Under the pieces are notes generated by a model, which saw only the letters and a program-made list of their open reading frames with translations, was not told the DNA's origin and ran no database searches. A program made the translations under genes and the position numbers. 64,000 nucleotides of DNA from assembly GCA_965648905.1 (NCBI GenBank), contig CBFGIT010000003.1:64001-128000 (forward strand). Direction: 5' to 3'. Every line of letters starts with the position of its first letter. Positions within the stretch are counted from its first letter, which is position 1. Source of the stretch: a candidate division WOR-3 bacterium (GTDB lineage: Bacteria > Hydrothermota > Tepidihabitantia > Tepidihabitantales > Tepidihabitantaceae). Of this stretch, positions 20,296-28,520 are shown one piece after another.

Positions 20296-22764
20296 ATGAC
20301 GAAGCTGAAAGTACTCATTGGCCCGAACCCGGGTCAGGAAATCGAAGTCACGGGTGCGGGCGTGCTGTTCGGCTATCGCGGTGAGAAGCTGAGGGCCGCG
20401 GCTGCGAACCGCGCTGCGTATGGCCTGCCCGAATCGGGCGAACTCAGGCTCGTTGAATACCAGGACCCAGGCCATACGTTGTCCGGCCTGCATGCCTGGG
20501 TCGGGTTCAACCGCCAGGGCGAGCTTGTGGTCCGGGACCTGGGCTCAAGGAACCACGTCTATGTCGGTTCAAGCGACGAGCCGGTCAAGGAGGCGCGGCT
20601 CAGGCACGGCGACAAAGTCAGGCTTTGTCGCGGCGGGGCAGTGACCTTCTCGGTCGAACTCGAAGAGCAGCCTGCCTGTGGCGCGACAATCCACGGCCCA
20701 GTGCCGTGCCCGGCGCCCGGGCAGCCTGCGGTCGTGAAGATGCCCGGCAACGTGCTCACCATCGGCCGGGCCCCGGACAACGACCTTGTGCTCGACTTTC
20801 CCCAGGTGTCGCGCCACCACTGCCGGATTGTGCGCCAGGACGACGGCACGCACATTCTTGACCTGAACTCGACCAACGGCACTTTTGTCAACGGCCATCG
20901 GGTGAAACAGGCCCGGCTTGCGGTCGGCGATGTCATCAACCTCGGTTCCTACGCGCTCTGCTTTGAGCAGGACCGGCACTTCAGCCAGGCCAGCCCAGCC
21001 GGTCGTGCCAGCCTTGTCTGCCACGACATCCGCAAAGCAGTCAAAGACAAGGTCATTATCCAGGGCATCTCGTTTGTCTCCTGTCCGAGCGAGTTCACCG
21101 GCCTTGTCGGTACCTCAGGCTCGGGCAAGACCACGCTCCTGAACGTCATCACCGGCTACGACAACACCGCGACCGGCCAGGTGCTGCTCAGCGGGGTTGA
21201 CCTGTACGAGCACTACGATGCTCTGCGCGGCAATATCGGCTACGTGCCGCAGGATGATATCATCCACCGGACTTTGACTGTGGAACAATCGCTCTACTAC
21301 ACTGCCCGGCTCAGACTGCCGGAAGACACGACCAAAGACGAAGTTCGGCGCCGGGTGGACAAGGTGATTGCCGACCTTGGTCTGGAAGGCTGTCGTCACG
21401 TGCGCATCGGTGACCCGGTGAAGCGCGGCATTTCCGGGGGCCAGCGCAAGCGGGTCAACCTTGCTCAGGAACTCATCACCGAGCCGGCCTGTCTTTTCCT
21501 GGACGAGCCTTTGTCCGGGCTCGACCCCTCGACCGCGGTTGAAGTTACCGAAGTCCTTGCCGACGCGGCCCGCAGCGGCCGGAGCGTCATTCTCACCACG
21601 CACAACGTCGAGTCGCCCCGCACCTTTGAGGTGCTCGGGCTGGTGCTCCTGATTCATGCCGGCCGCCTGGTCTACTATGGCCCGGCCCGCGAGGTCTTCG
21701 ACTACTTCGGATTCGGCCGCGACTACCCGCCCACTGTCCTTTCTCATCTCCAGGGCAAGTACTGTCCCAAATGCGACCGGGCGTTTGTCAAAGCCACAGG
21801 CCCGGTGCGCGACTGCCCGGGCTGCCACGAAGACCTCTACAAAGACCCGGAGTACTGGGAAACGAAGTTCCGCAATTCTGCCTGGTATGCAAAATACGTG
21901 GCCGGCCGAATGGAGGTGAGAAGCGTCAGCACCGGGGTCGGCCGCAAGGTCAAGCGCCAGCAGGCCAACGGACTGCGCCAGTGGTGGATACTGGTTCAGC
22001 GCTACTGGAAGATGAAACTCGCCGACACTGCCGGCACCGCGGTCCTGATGGCCCAGGCCCCGGTCATCGCCGTGCTCATCGGCCTGGTGTTCGGCAACAA
22101 AGGCTACCAGTACATGGGCGGGGTGCTGTTCATGATGGCACTCGCTGCCATCTGGTTCGGCGCAACCAACTCCTGCCGCGAAATCGTGGCCGAGCTTTCG
22201 GTCTACCGCCGCGAGCGGATGGTCAACTTGAAGATTGCGCCCTACATCCTTTCCAAGGCATTTGTCCTTTCGGTCTTTCTGCTGGTCCAGTGCCTGGTGC
22301 TTGCTACCATCGTCAAGCTGATGGTCAAACAACTGCCCGGCAGCATACCGGGTTTCACTGCGGTGCTCTTGCTCGGCGCGGTTGGCGGCTCAAGCATGGG
22401 CCTGCTCATCTCGGCCCTGCTCTCCTCGACCGAAGGCGCGATGGGTCTGGTCCCGGTCACACTCATACCTCAGGTCCTCTTTGCCGGCATGGTTGTGTCC
22501 TTGCCTCAGCTCGGCCCGATGAAGTTCCTGGCCAACTTCATGGTCTCGCGCTGGGTCCTTGATGCGCTCTCTCATTTCAGTACCAGGACCACCGGCGAGG
22601 TCATCACTGCTCTGGCCGCGACCGAAAAGGGCGGAGCAATCTTCTACTGGTTCGACGAGATGCCGAGCCTCGGCATGTCGCTCGACGTCCTCATCCTCCT
22701 TGTGCTCACCGTAACCTTCACCATCCTCACCGGCATCGCGCTCAAGGCGAAGGACATAGTTTGA
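20296..22764 (+). CDS. FHA-FHA-ABC ATPase-permease fusion exporter (Rv1747-like architecture)
   Basis: FHA motifs (LSGLHA...DLGSRN; IGR...VSRHHC...STNGTFVNG); Walker A GTSGSGKT; ISGGQ; LFLDEP; C-terminal TM domain; CPKC...CPGC insert. Confidence 0.9.
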   Translation: MTKLKVLIGPNPGQEIEVTGAGVLFGYRGEKLRAAAANRAAYGLPESGELRLVEYQDPGHTLSGLHAWVGFNRQGELVVRDLGSRNHVYVGSSDEPVKEARLRHGDKVRLCRGGAVTFSVELEEQPACGATIHGPVPCPAPGQPAVVKMPGNVLTIGRAPDNDLVLDFPQVSRHHCRIVRQDDGTHILDLNSTNGTFVNGHRVKQARLAVGDVINLGSYALCFEQDRHFSQASPAGRASLVCHDIRKAVKDKVIIQGISFVSCPSEFTGLVGTSGSGKTTLLNVITGYDNTATGQVLLSGVDLYEHYDALRGNIGYVPQDDIIHRTLTVEQSLYYTARLRLPEDTTKDEVRRRVDKVIADLGLEGCRHVRIGDPVKRGISGGQRKRVNLAQELITEPACLFLDEPLSGLDPSTAVEVTEVLADAARSGRSVILTTHNVESPRTFEVLGLVLLIHAGRLVYYGPAREVFDYFGFGRDYPPTVLSHLQGKYCPKCDRAFVKATGPVRDCPGCHEDLYKDPEYWETKFRNSAWYAKYVAGRMEVRSVSTGVGRKVKRQQANGLRQWWILVQRYWKMKLADTAGTAVLMAQAPVIAVLIGLVFGNKGYQYMGGVLFMMALAAIWFGATNSCREIVAELSVYRRERMVNLKIAPYILSKAFVLSVFLLVQCLVLATIVKLMVKQLPGSIPGFTAVLLLGAVGGSSMGLLISALLSSTEGAMGLVPVTLIPQVLFAGMVVSLPQLGPMKFLANFMVSRWVLDALSHFSTRTTGEVITALAATEKGGAIFYWFDEMPSLGMSLDVLILLVLTVTFTILTGIALKAKDIV

Positions 22765-22803
22765 TGACCGCCACCAGCTCACAGCCGACAGCCCACAGTT
22801 AGT

Positions 22804-23169
22804 ATGCGGGACATCAGAAGCTATGCCGTGTTCAAACTGGCAGACAGACTGGTGCTGGACGTGTACCGGGCCACCGCGCGATTCCCGAAAAGCGAGCTGT
22901 TTGGTCTGACATCCCAGATGCGGCGGGCAGCGTACTCGATTCCCATGAACCTGGCTGAAGGCGCGGCCCGGCGAAGCCAGAAGGAGTTCGCCCGAGCGGT
23001 AGACATTGCTGTCGGCTCTTGCGAAGAAGTGCGTTACCAGCTACATCTCGCGGCCGAACTCGGCTACCTGGAGCGTACGATTGCCCACAGAATCGATTCT
23101 GAGTATGAACAAGTCAAGAAGATGCTGTCGAAGCTCTTGCAGCGGCTGTCCGAGACCCCGGAGCTGTGA
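22804..23169 (+). CDS. Four-helix-bundle protein (23S rRNA IVP / Avd-related family)
   Basis: FPKSELFGLTSQMRRAAYSIPMNLAEG...GSCEEVRYQL signature. Confidence 0.88.
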   Translation: MRDIRSYAVFKLADRLVLDVYRATARFPKSELFGLTSQMRRAAYSIPMNLAEGAARRSQKEFARAVDIAVGSCEEVRYQLHLAAELGYLERTIAHRIDSEYEQVKKMLSKLLQRLSETPEL

Positions 23170-23193
23170 GCTGTCGGCTGTAGGCGGTCAGCG

Positions 23194-25140
23194 ATGATTG
23201 GCTCCACCGTCGGCAACTACCGCCTCGTCGAGGAAATCGGCCGGGGCGGAATGGGCACGGTGTACAAGGCTGTGCACGTGCGCATCGCGGAACAGGTTGT
23301 TGCCGTGAAGCACCTTGCGCCCCTGCTCATCTTCGGCGACTCAGGCGCGGCCCAGCGGGCCAAAGAAGAAGCCAGCTCTCAGGCCCGGCTCAAAGACCAC
23401 CCCAACATCGTCTCGCTCTACGACTACGTCGAGACCGGCGAGGGGCTGTTCCTGATTATGGAGTACGTCCGCGGAGTCCAGGGCATGCGCAACATGGCCG
23501 AGCTGGTCCGGCGCTGCGGGCCTCTGCCTCTGGACGAGCTGAAGCGACTGTTCGGCCAGGTTCTCTCCGCGGTCGGGTTCGCGCACAGACAGGGCATCAT
23601 CCACCGCGACCTGAAGCCCCTGAATATCATGCTCTCCGAGTTTGGGGCCAAGGTCGGCGACTTCGGTATTGCGCGGATTGTGTCCGGCGACACCAGCGTC
23701 TCGGTCTCGGGCCACCGCGTCGGCACTCCGGCCTACATGTCGCCGGAGCAGGTGCTGTACAAGAAACTGACTCGGGCGACCGACATCTACTCGCTTGGCT
23801 GCACCCTGTATGAACTGGCAACCGGCAGGCTGCCGTTCAAGGCTTCGGAAACCTCGTCCTTCTTCGAGGCGCACTTACAGGACCCGCCAATTCCGCCGCG
23901 CTCGGTCAACCCGGCGCTTCCTGAGCGGCTTGAACAGGTCATCCTCAAAGCCATGGCCAAGAAACCGCAAGACCGGTTCCAGACCTGCGAAGAGTTCGCC
24001 GCGGCGCTCCAGAGAGTGGGTGTGGCTTCGCAACCGCGGCCCGAACCGGCTGAACCACTACCAGACAAGACCAGACCCGAGCCGGAGCCGACCCCGAAGC
24101 CCCAGCCCGGACCCCTGCCTGAGTTGCAAGACGAAGCGCGAAGGCCCAGGCGCGGCCGCCGGGCGGGGTGGCTGATTGGCCTGAGCCTTGCCGGCGTGGT
24201 CGCGATTGCCGTGACTGCGGCCTTGGTCCGCGCTCCTCGCTCCTCGCCCAGCGTTCAGCATTCCTATTCCTCCCCGGGCCGTGAGCTGTCAGCGGAAAGC
24301 GGTTGGCGTTCTCTGGGCCGCAACGCTCAGGGCTATGACGAAATCCTCTGGCTCAAGGACTCGTCGGTGATGATACGAATCCCGGCCGGTGAACTCTGGA
24401 TGGGCAGTGCTGAGGGCGAAGGTGCCAGCGACGAGCGGCCGCAACACAAGGTCTACTTGAGCGAGTACTACATCGACAAGTACGAGGTGACGAACGAGCA
24501 GTTCGAGCGGTTTGTGAAAGCGACCGGCTACCAGACCGATGCCGAGCGGCTCGGGTCAGGCTATGTCGATGACAAGGGCTCCTCGAAATTGATAGACAAG
24601 AAAGGCGTGAGCTGGCGCACTTACTATGGCTACGCCACGAGAAACCACCCGGTTGTGCTCGTGTCGTGGAACGATGCCAAGGCCTATTGTGACTGGGCGG
24701 GCAAGCGGCTGCCGACCGAGGCCGAATGGGAGAAAGCAGCGCGTGGCACTGACGCGCGCAAGTATCCCTGGGGCAACAGCGAACCCGACGGAAGTCGGTG
24801 CAATTACGCAGACAAGAACACCGACTTCTTCTGGCGCGATGCCAACGATGGATACGCTCAGACTGCGCCGGTCGGCACGTATCCTGCTGGTGCTTCGCCC
24901 TATGGCTGCATGGACATGGCAGGCAATGTCTGGGAATGGTGCAATGACTGGCGTGACGGAGACTACTGCAGCACAAGCCCGAGCAACAACCCGGAAGGGC
25001 CGTCGTCTGGCTCGTTCCGCGTCCTCCGTGGCGGTTCCTGGGCCCTCGATGCCAGGTTCCTGCGCTGCGCTCGTCGGGCCGGGGGCGTTCCATCGCTCCG
25101 GACCTACTTTCTGGGCTTCCGTTGTTCCTTGCGTCAGTAG
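23194..25140 (+). CDS. DGR target 1: Ser/Thr kinase - TM - extracellular FGE-sulfatase (CLec) domain with variable C-terminus
   Basis: GRGGMG, HRDLKPLN, DFG, YMSPEQ; TM GWLIGLSLAGVVAIAVTAALV; FGE motifs; 3' end aligns to TR. Confidence 0.93.
   Translation: MIGSTVGNYRLVEEIGRGGMGTVYKAVHVRIAEQVVAVKHLAPLLIFGDSGAAQRAKEEASSQARLKDHPNIVSLYDYVETGEGLFLIMEYVRGVQGMRNMAELVRRCGPLPLDELKRLFGQVLSAVGFAHRQGIIHRDLKPLNIMLSEFGAKVGDFGIARIVSGDTSVSVSGHRVGTPAYMSPEQVLYKKLTRATDIYSLGCTLYELATGRLPFKASETSSFFEAHLQDPPIPPRSVNPALPERLEQVILKAMAKKPQDRFQTCEEFAAALQRVGVASQPRPEPAEPLPDKTRPEPEPTPKPQPGPLPELQDEARRPRRGRRAGWLIGLSLAGVVAIAVTAALVRAPRSSPSVQHSYSSPGRELSAESGWRSLGRNAQGYDEILWLKDSSVMIRIPAGELWMGSAEGEGASDERPQHKVYLSEYYIDKYEVTNEQFERFVKATGYQTDAERLGSGYVDDKGSSKLIDKKGVSWRTYYGYATRNHPVVLVSWNDAKAYCDWAGKRLPTEAEWEKAARGTDARKYPWGNSEPDGSRCNYADKNTDFFWRDANDGYAQTAPVGTYPAGASPYGCMDMAGNVWEWCNDWRDGDYCSTSPSNNPEGPSSGSFRVLRGGSWALDARFLRCARRAGGVPSLRTYFLGFRCSLRQ
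25008..25132 (+). repeat. DGR variable repeat VR1
   Basis: Ungapped 125-bp alignment to TR with 24 mismatches, all opposite TR adenines. Confidence 0.95.
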
Positions 25141-25191
25141 TCTTATCTGTGAATCTGGTAATCTGGGAATCTGAATATCTGGTCTTCCTAC

Positions 25192-25212
25192 AGCGGCGGC
25201 GAAGCGGCCGCT
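25192..25212 (+). promoter_or_regulatory. DGR target-recognition hairpin downstream of VR1
   Basis: AGCGGCGGC-GAA-GCGGCCGCT (9-bp stem with one G-G mismatch, GAA loop). Confidence 0.65.
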
Positions 25213-25225
25213 CGCGCGCATTTCT

Positions 25226-25576
25226 ATGGCAAAGACTGAGTTCCTGGTGATTCAGCGGAGCTACGATTTCACGAAATGGCTGCTTCAGCACACGCAGAAG
25301 TTTCCTAAGTCGCTTCGCTTCTCACTGGCGGTCAGAATGGAGAACCGTATGCTGGAGGCGCTGGAGTCAGCAGTGGTTGCCAACATGAAGCGGGACAAGC
25401 TCACGTTGCTGGCGCGGGCTGATGAGGCATTGGAGTCGCTTCGGATACTGGTGCGGCTCAGCTTTGAGATGAAGGTGCTGGCCGCCAACTCCTACGAGTA
25501 TGCGGCCAGGGAACTGGATGAAATTGGCAAACTTCTGGGCGGCTGGATACGGCAGCAAAGCCGGCCGACCGGTTGA
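25226..25576 (+). CDS. avd: DGR accessory variability determinant
   Basis: 116 aa; YDFTKWL...KFPKSLRFSL...LRILVRLS...EIGKLLGGW; lies directly upstream of TR. Confidence 0.92.
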   Translation: MAKTEFLVIQRSYDFTKWLLQHTQKFPKSLRFSLAVRMENRMLEALESAVVANMKRDKLTLLARADEALESLRILVRLSFEMKVLAANSYEYAARELDEIGKLLGGWIRQQSRPTG

Positions 25577-25591
25577 GGGCACAGGCAGAAA

Positions 25592-25716
25592 TGGCTCGTA
25601 CCGCGTCAACCGTGGCGGTTCCTGGAACAACGATGCCAGGAACCTGCGCTGCGCTAATCGGAACAGGAACGAACCATCGAACCGGAACAACAATCTGGGC
25701 TTCCGTTGTTCCTTGC
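25592..25716 (+). repeat. DGR template repeat (TR)
   Basis: AAC-rich copy of both VRs (reads GSYRVNRGGSWNNDARNLRCANRNRNEPSNRNNNLGFRCSL); 29 adenines, 11 AAY codons; diverges from the VRs after TTGC (IMH*/IMH boundary); GC hairpin follows at about 25748-25769. Confidence 0.95.
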
Positions 25717-26046
25717 AGCAGTTGCAGCATGACCGCCGAACTGATGCCGCCGGTTCACGGACCGGCGGACTGCGGCGAGCGGCTACTGAAGTGCCTGTTT
25801 CCTGAGTCTGCGCCACTCTTCCCGCCGTCTTTGCGAGGGCTGCGGATTGAGGCGCGGTGTAGACCAAAATGGAGGAGTCCGGGTGCCGGCAATTGAGCGG
25901 TCTTCGTCAGCCAAAGTCGGCACCCGGGCGCTGACGCCGGCGACCCCTCATTACATGAGGGACACTGGGGAAGCAAGCAGGGCGTTCAGGGTGACTCGGC
26001 GGTGTTGTGTTCTCGAGCCGCCGGCTAGGGGTCGTCGGGCCGGGCA

Positions 26047-26319
26047 CCGGCGACTCCTCGGAGACCCTCGGAGTGACAGCCCCTCTGTCATTCCGAGGAA
26101 CGAAGCGACGAGGAATCGCCGGGCTGCAGAGCAACTCGGAGTGACAGCCCTTCTGTCATTCCGAGGAACGAAGTGACGAGGAATCGCCGAGCTGCAGGAC
26201 AACCATGAAACAGTATTACGTCCCCCCTTCCGCCTTCCGCCGACCGGCGACTCCTCGGAGAACCTCGGAGTGACAGCCCCTCTGTCATTCCGAGGAACGA
26301 AGTGACGAGGAATCGCCGG
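26047..26319. repeat. Three palindromic REP-like repeats (26047-26122, partial 26135-26189, 26244-26319)
   Basis: Core CTCGGAGTGACAG-CCCYT-CTGTCATTCCGAG-GAACGAAGYGACGAGGAATCGCCG present three times. Confidence 0.85.
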
Positions 26320-26322
26320 CCG

Positions 26323-27372
26323 ATGCCGCCCAGTCTTAGCGGGTTGTTCGACCGACTGACGAGCTTCGACAACCTGCTGGCCGCGTTCCTGAAGGCCCGA
26401 CGCGGTAAGCGCCTCAGACCGGCGGTCGCTGCGTTCGAGTTGGACCTTGAACACGAGCTTCTCCGGCTGCAGGACGAACTGACTGCCGGCACCTGGCGGC
26501 CCGGCAGCTACCACAACTTCTACGTCCACGACCAGAAGCGCCGGCTGGTCACCGCAGCATTTTTCCGCGACCGGGTCGTGCACCATGCTCTGCTGAACGT
26601 ACTGGAGCCGGTGTTCGAGCCTTCGTTTCTCTACGATTCGTATGCCTGTCGCCGCGGCAAAGGCCAGCATCGAGCGATTTGCCGCTACCAGCGCTGGTCG
26701 CGTGGACACCAGTACGTCCTGCGCGGCGACATACTCAAGTTCTACCCGAGCGTTGATCACGCGATTCTCCTGCAGTTGCTGAGCCGGAAGATCCGAGACC
26801 GAAGAGTCCTTGCCCTGTGCACGATGATTGTCCGGAGTGGGACCGGAATCCTGGACTCGGAGTATCGGATTACCTGGTTTCCGGGTGATGACCTGTTCTC
26901 GCCCCTGGGGCGACCGCGCGGCATTCCCATCGGCAACCTGACCAGCCAGTTCTTTGGCAATGTCTACCTGAATGAGCTGGACCACTTCGTGAAAGAGCAA
27001 CTGTGCTGCCGGTGCTACCTACGGTACATGGACGATGTCGCGGTGTTCGGGGATGACCCGAGGTCACTGGCGCTGGCAAAGCGGCGTATCAGCGAGTTTC
27101 TGGCCGGCCTGCGGCTGACCCTGCGCCCGGAGAAGACGCGCGTCTGGCAGACCGGCGACGGAGCCGAATTCCTCGGGTTCCGCGTATTCCCCGGGCATCG
27201 GCTGGTGCGTAAGGCCACGGCCTATCGGTACGGCCGGCACCTGAGACGGTTGAGTCGCAGGCAGGTGCGTGCATCTCTGACTGCCTGGTTCGGGCACGCC
27301 TGCCACGCCGATTCGTTCCGACTGAACGCCGAGCTTCTGAGACGGGCCGGGCTGCTCGCCGTGTGGTGTTGA
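26323..27372 (+). CDS. DGR-class reverse transcriptase
   Basis: FRDRVVHHAL, DSYACRRGKG, DILKFYPSVDH, GIPIGNLTSQFFGNVYL (SQ motif typical of DGR RTs), YLRYMDD, FLGF; ATG 26323 preferred because the GTG at 26302 lies inside the repeat. Confidence 0.95.
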   Translation: MPPSLSGLFDRLTSFDNLLAAFLKARRGKRLRPAVAAFELDLEHELLRLQDELTAGTWRPGSYHNFYVHDQKRRLVTAAFFRDRVVHHALLNVLEPVFEPSFLYDSYACRRGKGQHRAICRYQRWSRGHQYVLRGDILKFYPSVDHAILLQLLSRKIRDRRVLALCTMIVRSGTGILDSEYRITWFPGDDLFSPLGRPRGIPIGNLTSQFFGNVYLNELDHFVKEQLCCRCYLRYMDDVAVFGDDPRSLALAKRRISEFLAGLRLTLRPEKTRVWQTGDGAEFLGFRVFPGHRLVRKATAYRYGRHLRRLSRRQVRASLTAWFGHACHADSFRLNAELLRRAGLLAVWC

Positions 27373-27402
27373 CAAGCCTGTCCTGCTTGCTAGATTTACC
27401 GC

Positions 27403-28431
27403 ATGCAAAGGCAGACGAGGAGCGGGTTCCGCGTTTCGCGTTTGGTGCTCATCGTTCTCCTCGGTCTTTTCGTCCTCCTCTCCCTCGCCGCGAAGAAGTG
27501 CCCCAAGTGCGGCAAGGAGTACGACGACGACCAGAACTTCTGCGCGATGTGCGAGGACTCCGCGGGCGGGCCGGTCCGGCTCAAGCCGGTCGAGAAGCCC
27601 AGACCCAAGCCCAAGGCGCCAAGAGCCGAAAGCTCACAGCCGCAAGCTCCGGCCGGGACACAGTATGTCTCGCGGGGCCGCAACGCTCAGGGCTATGACG
27701 AAATCCTCTGGCTCAAGGACTCGTCGGTGATGATACGAATCCCGGCCGGGGTCTTCACGATGGGCTCAGATGACGGAGGGAGCGGCGAGAAGCCGGTGCA
27801 CCAGGTCTATCTCGATGAGTACTACATCGACAAGTACGAGGTGACGAACCGCCAGTACAAGAAGTTCTGCGACGCAACCGGCCGGAGTTATCCGCCTGAC
27901 CCGGACTTCCTTGCCATGGCTAATTACATCACGAACTACCCATCTTACCCGGTTGTCAATGTCTCATGGGAAGACGCCAAGGCCTACTGTAACTGGGCCG
28001 GCAAGCGGTTGCCGACCGAAGCCGAATGGGAGAAAGCAGCCAGAGGAACAGATGCGAGGAAGTATCCGTGGGGCAATTCGGAGCCGAATGCCGGCGGAAT
28101 CTACCGGGCGAACTACGACCCCGGGAGCTACACCGAAGACGGGTATGCCCGGACAGCCCCAGTCGGCTCCTTCGAGCGCGGCGCGAGTCACTACGGCTGT
28201 CTGGACATGGCAGGCAACGTCTGGGAATGGTGCAATGACTGGTATGACGAGAACCACTACAACGCAAGCCCAAGAAACAACCCGCAAGGCCCTTTGTCTG
28301 GCTCGTACCGCGTGCTCCGTGGCGGTTCCTGGGGCATCGATGCCAGGTACCTGCGCTGCGCTTATCGGTTCAGGCTCGATCCTTCGTACCGGAACTACTA
28401 TCTGGGCTTCCGTTGTTCCTTGCGTCAGTAG
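27403..28431 (+). CDS. DGR target 2: secreted zinc-ribbon + FGE-sulfatase (CLec) domain protein
   Basis: Signal peptide; CPKC...CAMC; FGE motifs; 3' end aligns to TR; own promoter-like TTGACA-16-TAGATT at 27369-27396. Confidence 0.93.
   Translation: MQRQTRSGFRVSRLVLIVLLGLFVLLSLAAKKCPKCGKEYDDDQNFCAMCEDSAGGPVRLKPVEKPRPKPKAPRAESSQPQAPAGTQYVSRGRNAQGYDEILWLKDSSVMIRIPAGVFTMGSDDGGSGEKPVHQVYLDEYYIDKYEVTNRQYKKFCDATGRSYPPDPDFLAMANYITNYPSYPVVNVSWEDAKAYCNWAGKRLPTEAEWEKAARGTDARKYPWGNSEPNAGGIYRANYDPGSYTEDGYARTAPVGSFERGASHYGCLDMAGNVWEWCNDWYDENHYNASPRNNPQGPLSGSYRVLRGGSWGIDARYLRCAYRFRLDPSYRNYYLGFRCSLRQ
28299..28423 (+). repeat. DGR variable repeat VR2
   Basis: Ungapped alignment to TR: 16 mismatches at TR adenines plus one synonymous C>G near the 5' end. 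Confidence 0.95.
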
Positions 28432-28482
28432 TCTTATCTGTGAATCTGGTAATCTGGGAATCTGAATATCTGGTCTTCCTCT

Positions 28483-28503
28483 AGCGGCGGCGAAGCCGCC
28501 GCT
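28483..28503 (+). promoter_or_regulatory. DGR target-recognition hairpin downstream of VR2
   Basis: Perfect AGCGGCGGC-GAA-GCCGCCGCT. Confidence 0.75.
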
Positions 28504-28520
28504 CGGCCGCAAAAAAGGGG

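Noticed and set aside
25500..25805. 101-aa Asn-rich ORF
   Set aside because: It is the in-frame reading of the TR and overlaps avd. TRs act as RNA templates.
26047..26319. CRISPR array
   Set aside because: Only three long palindromic units with irregular spacing, and no cas genes in the window.
26323..27372. Group II intron or retron RT
   Set aside because: Short RT with GNLTSQ and YMDD motifs, adjacent avd and a TR/VR pair. No maturase or endonuclease extension.
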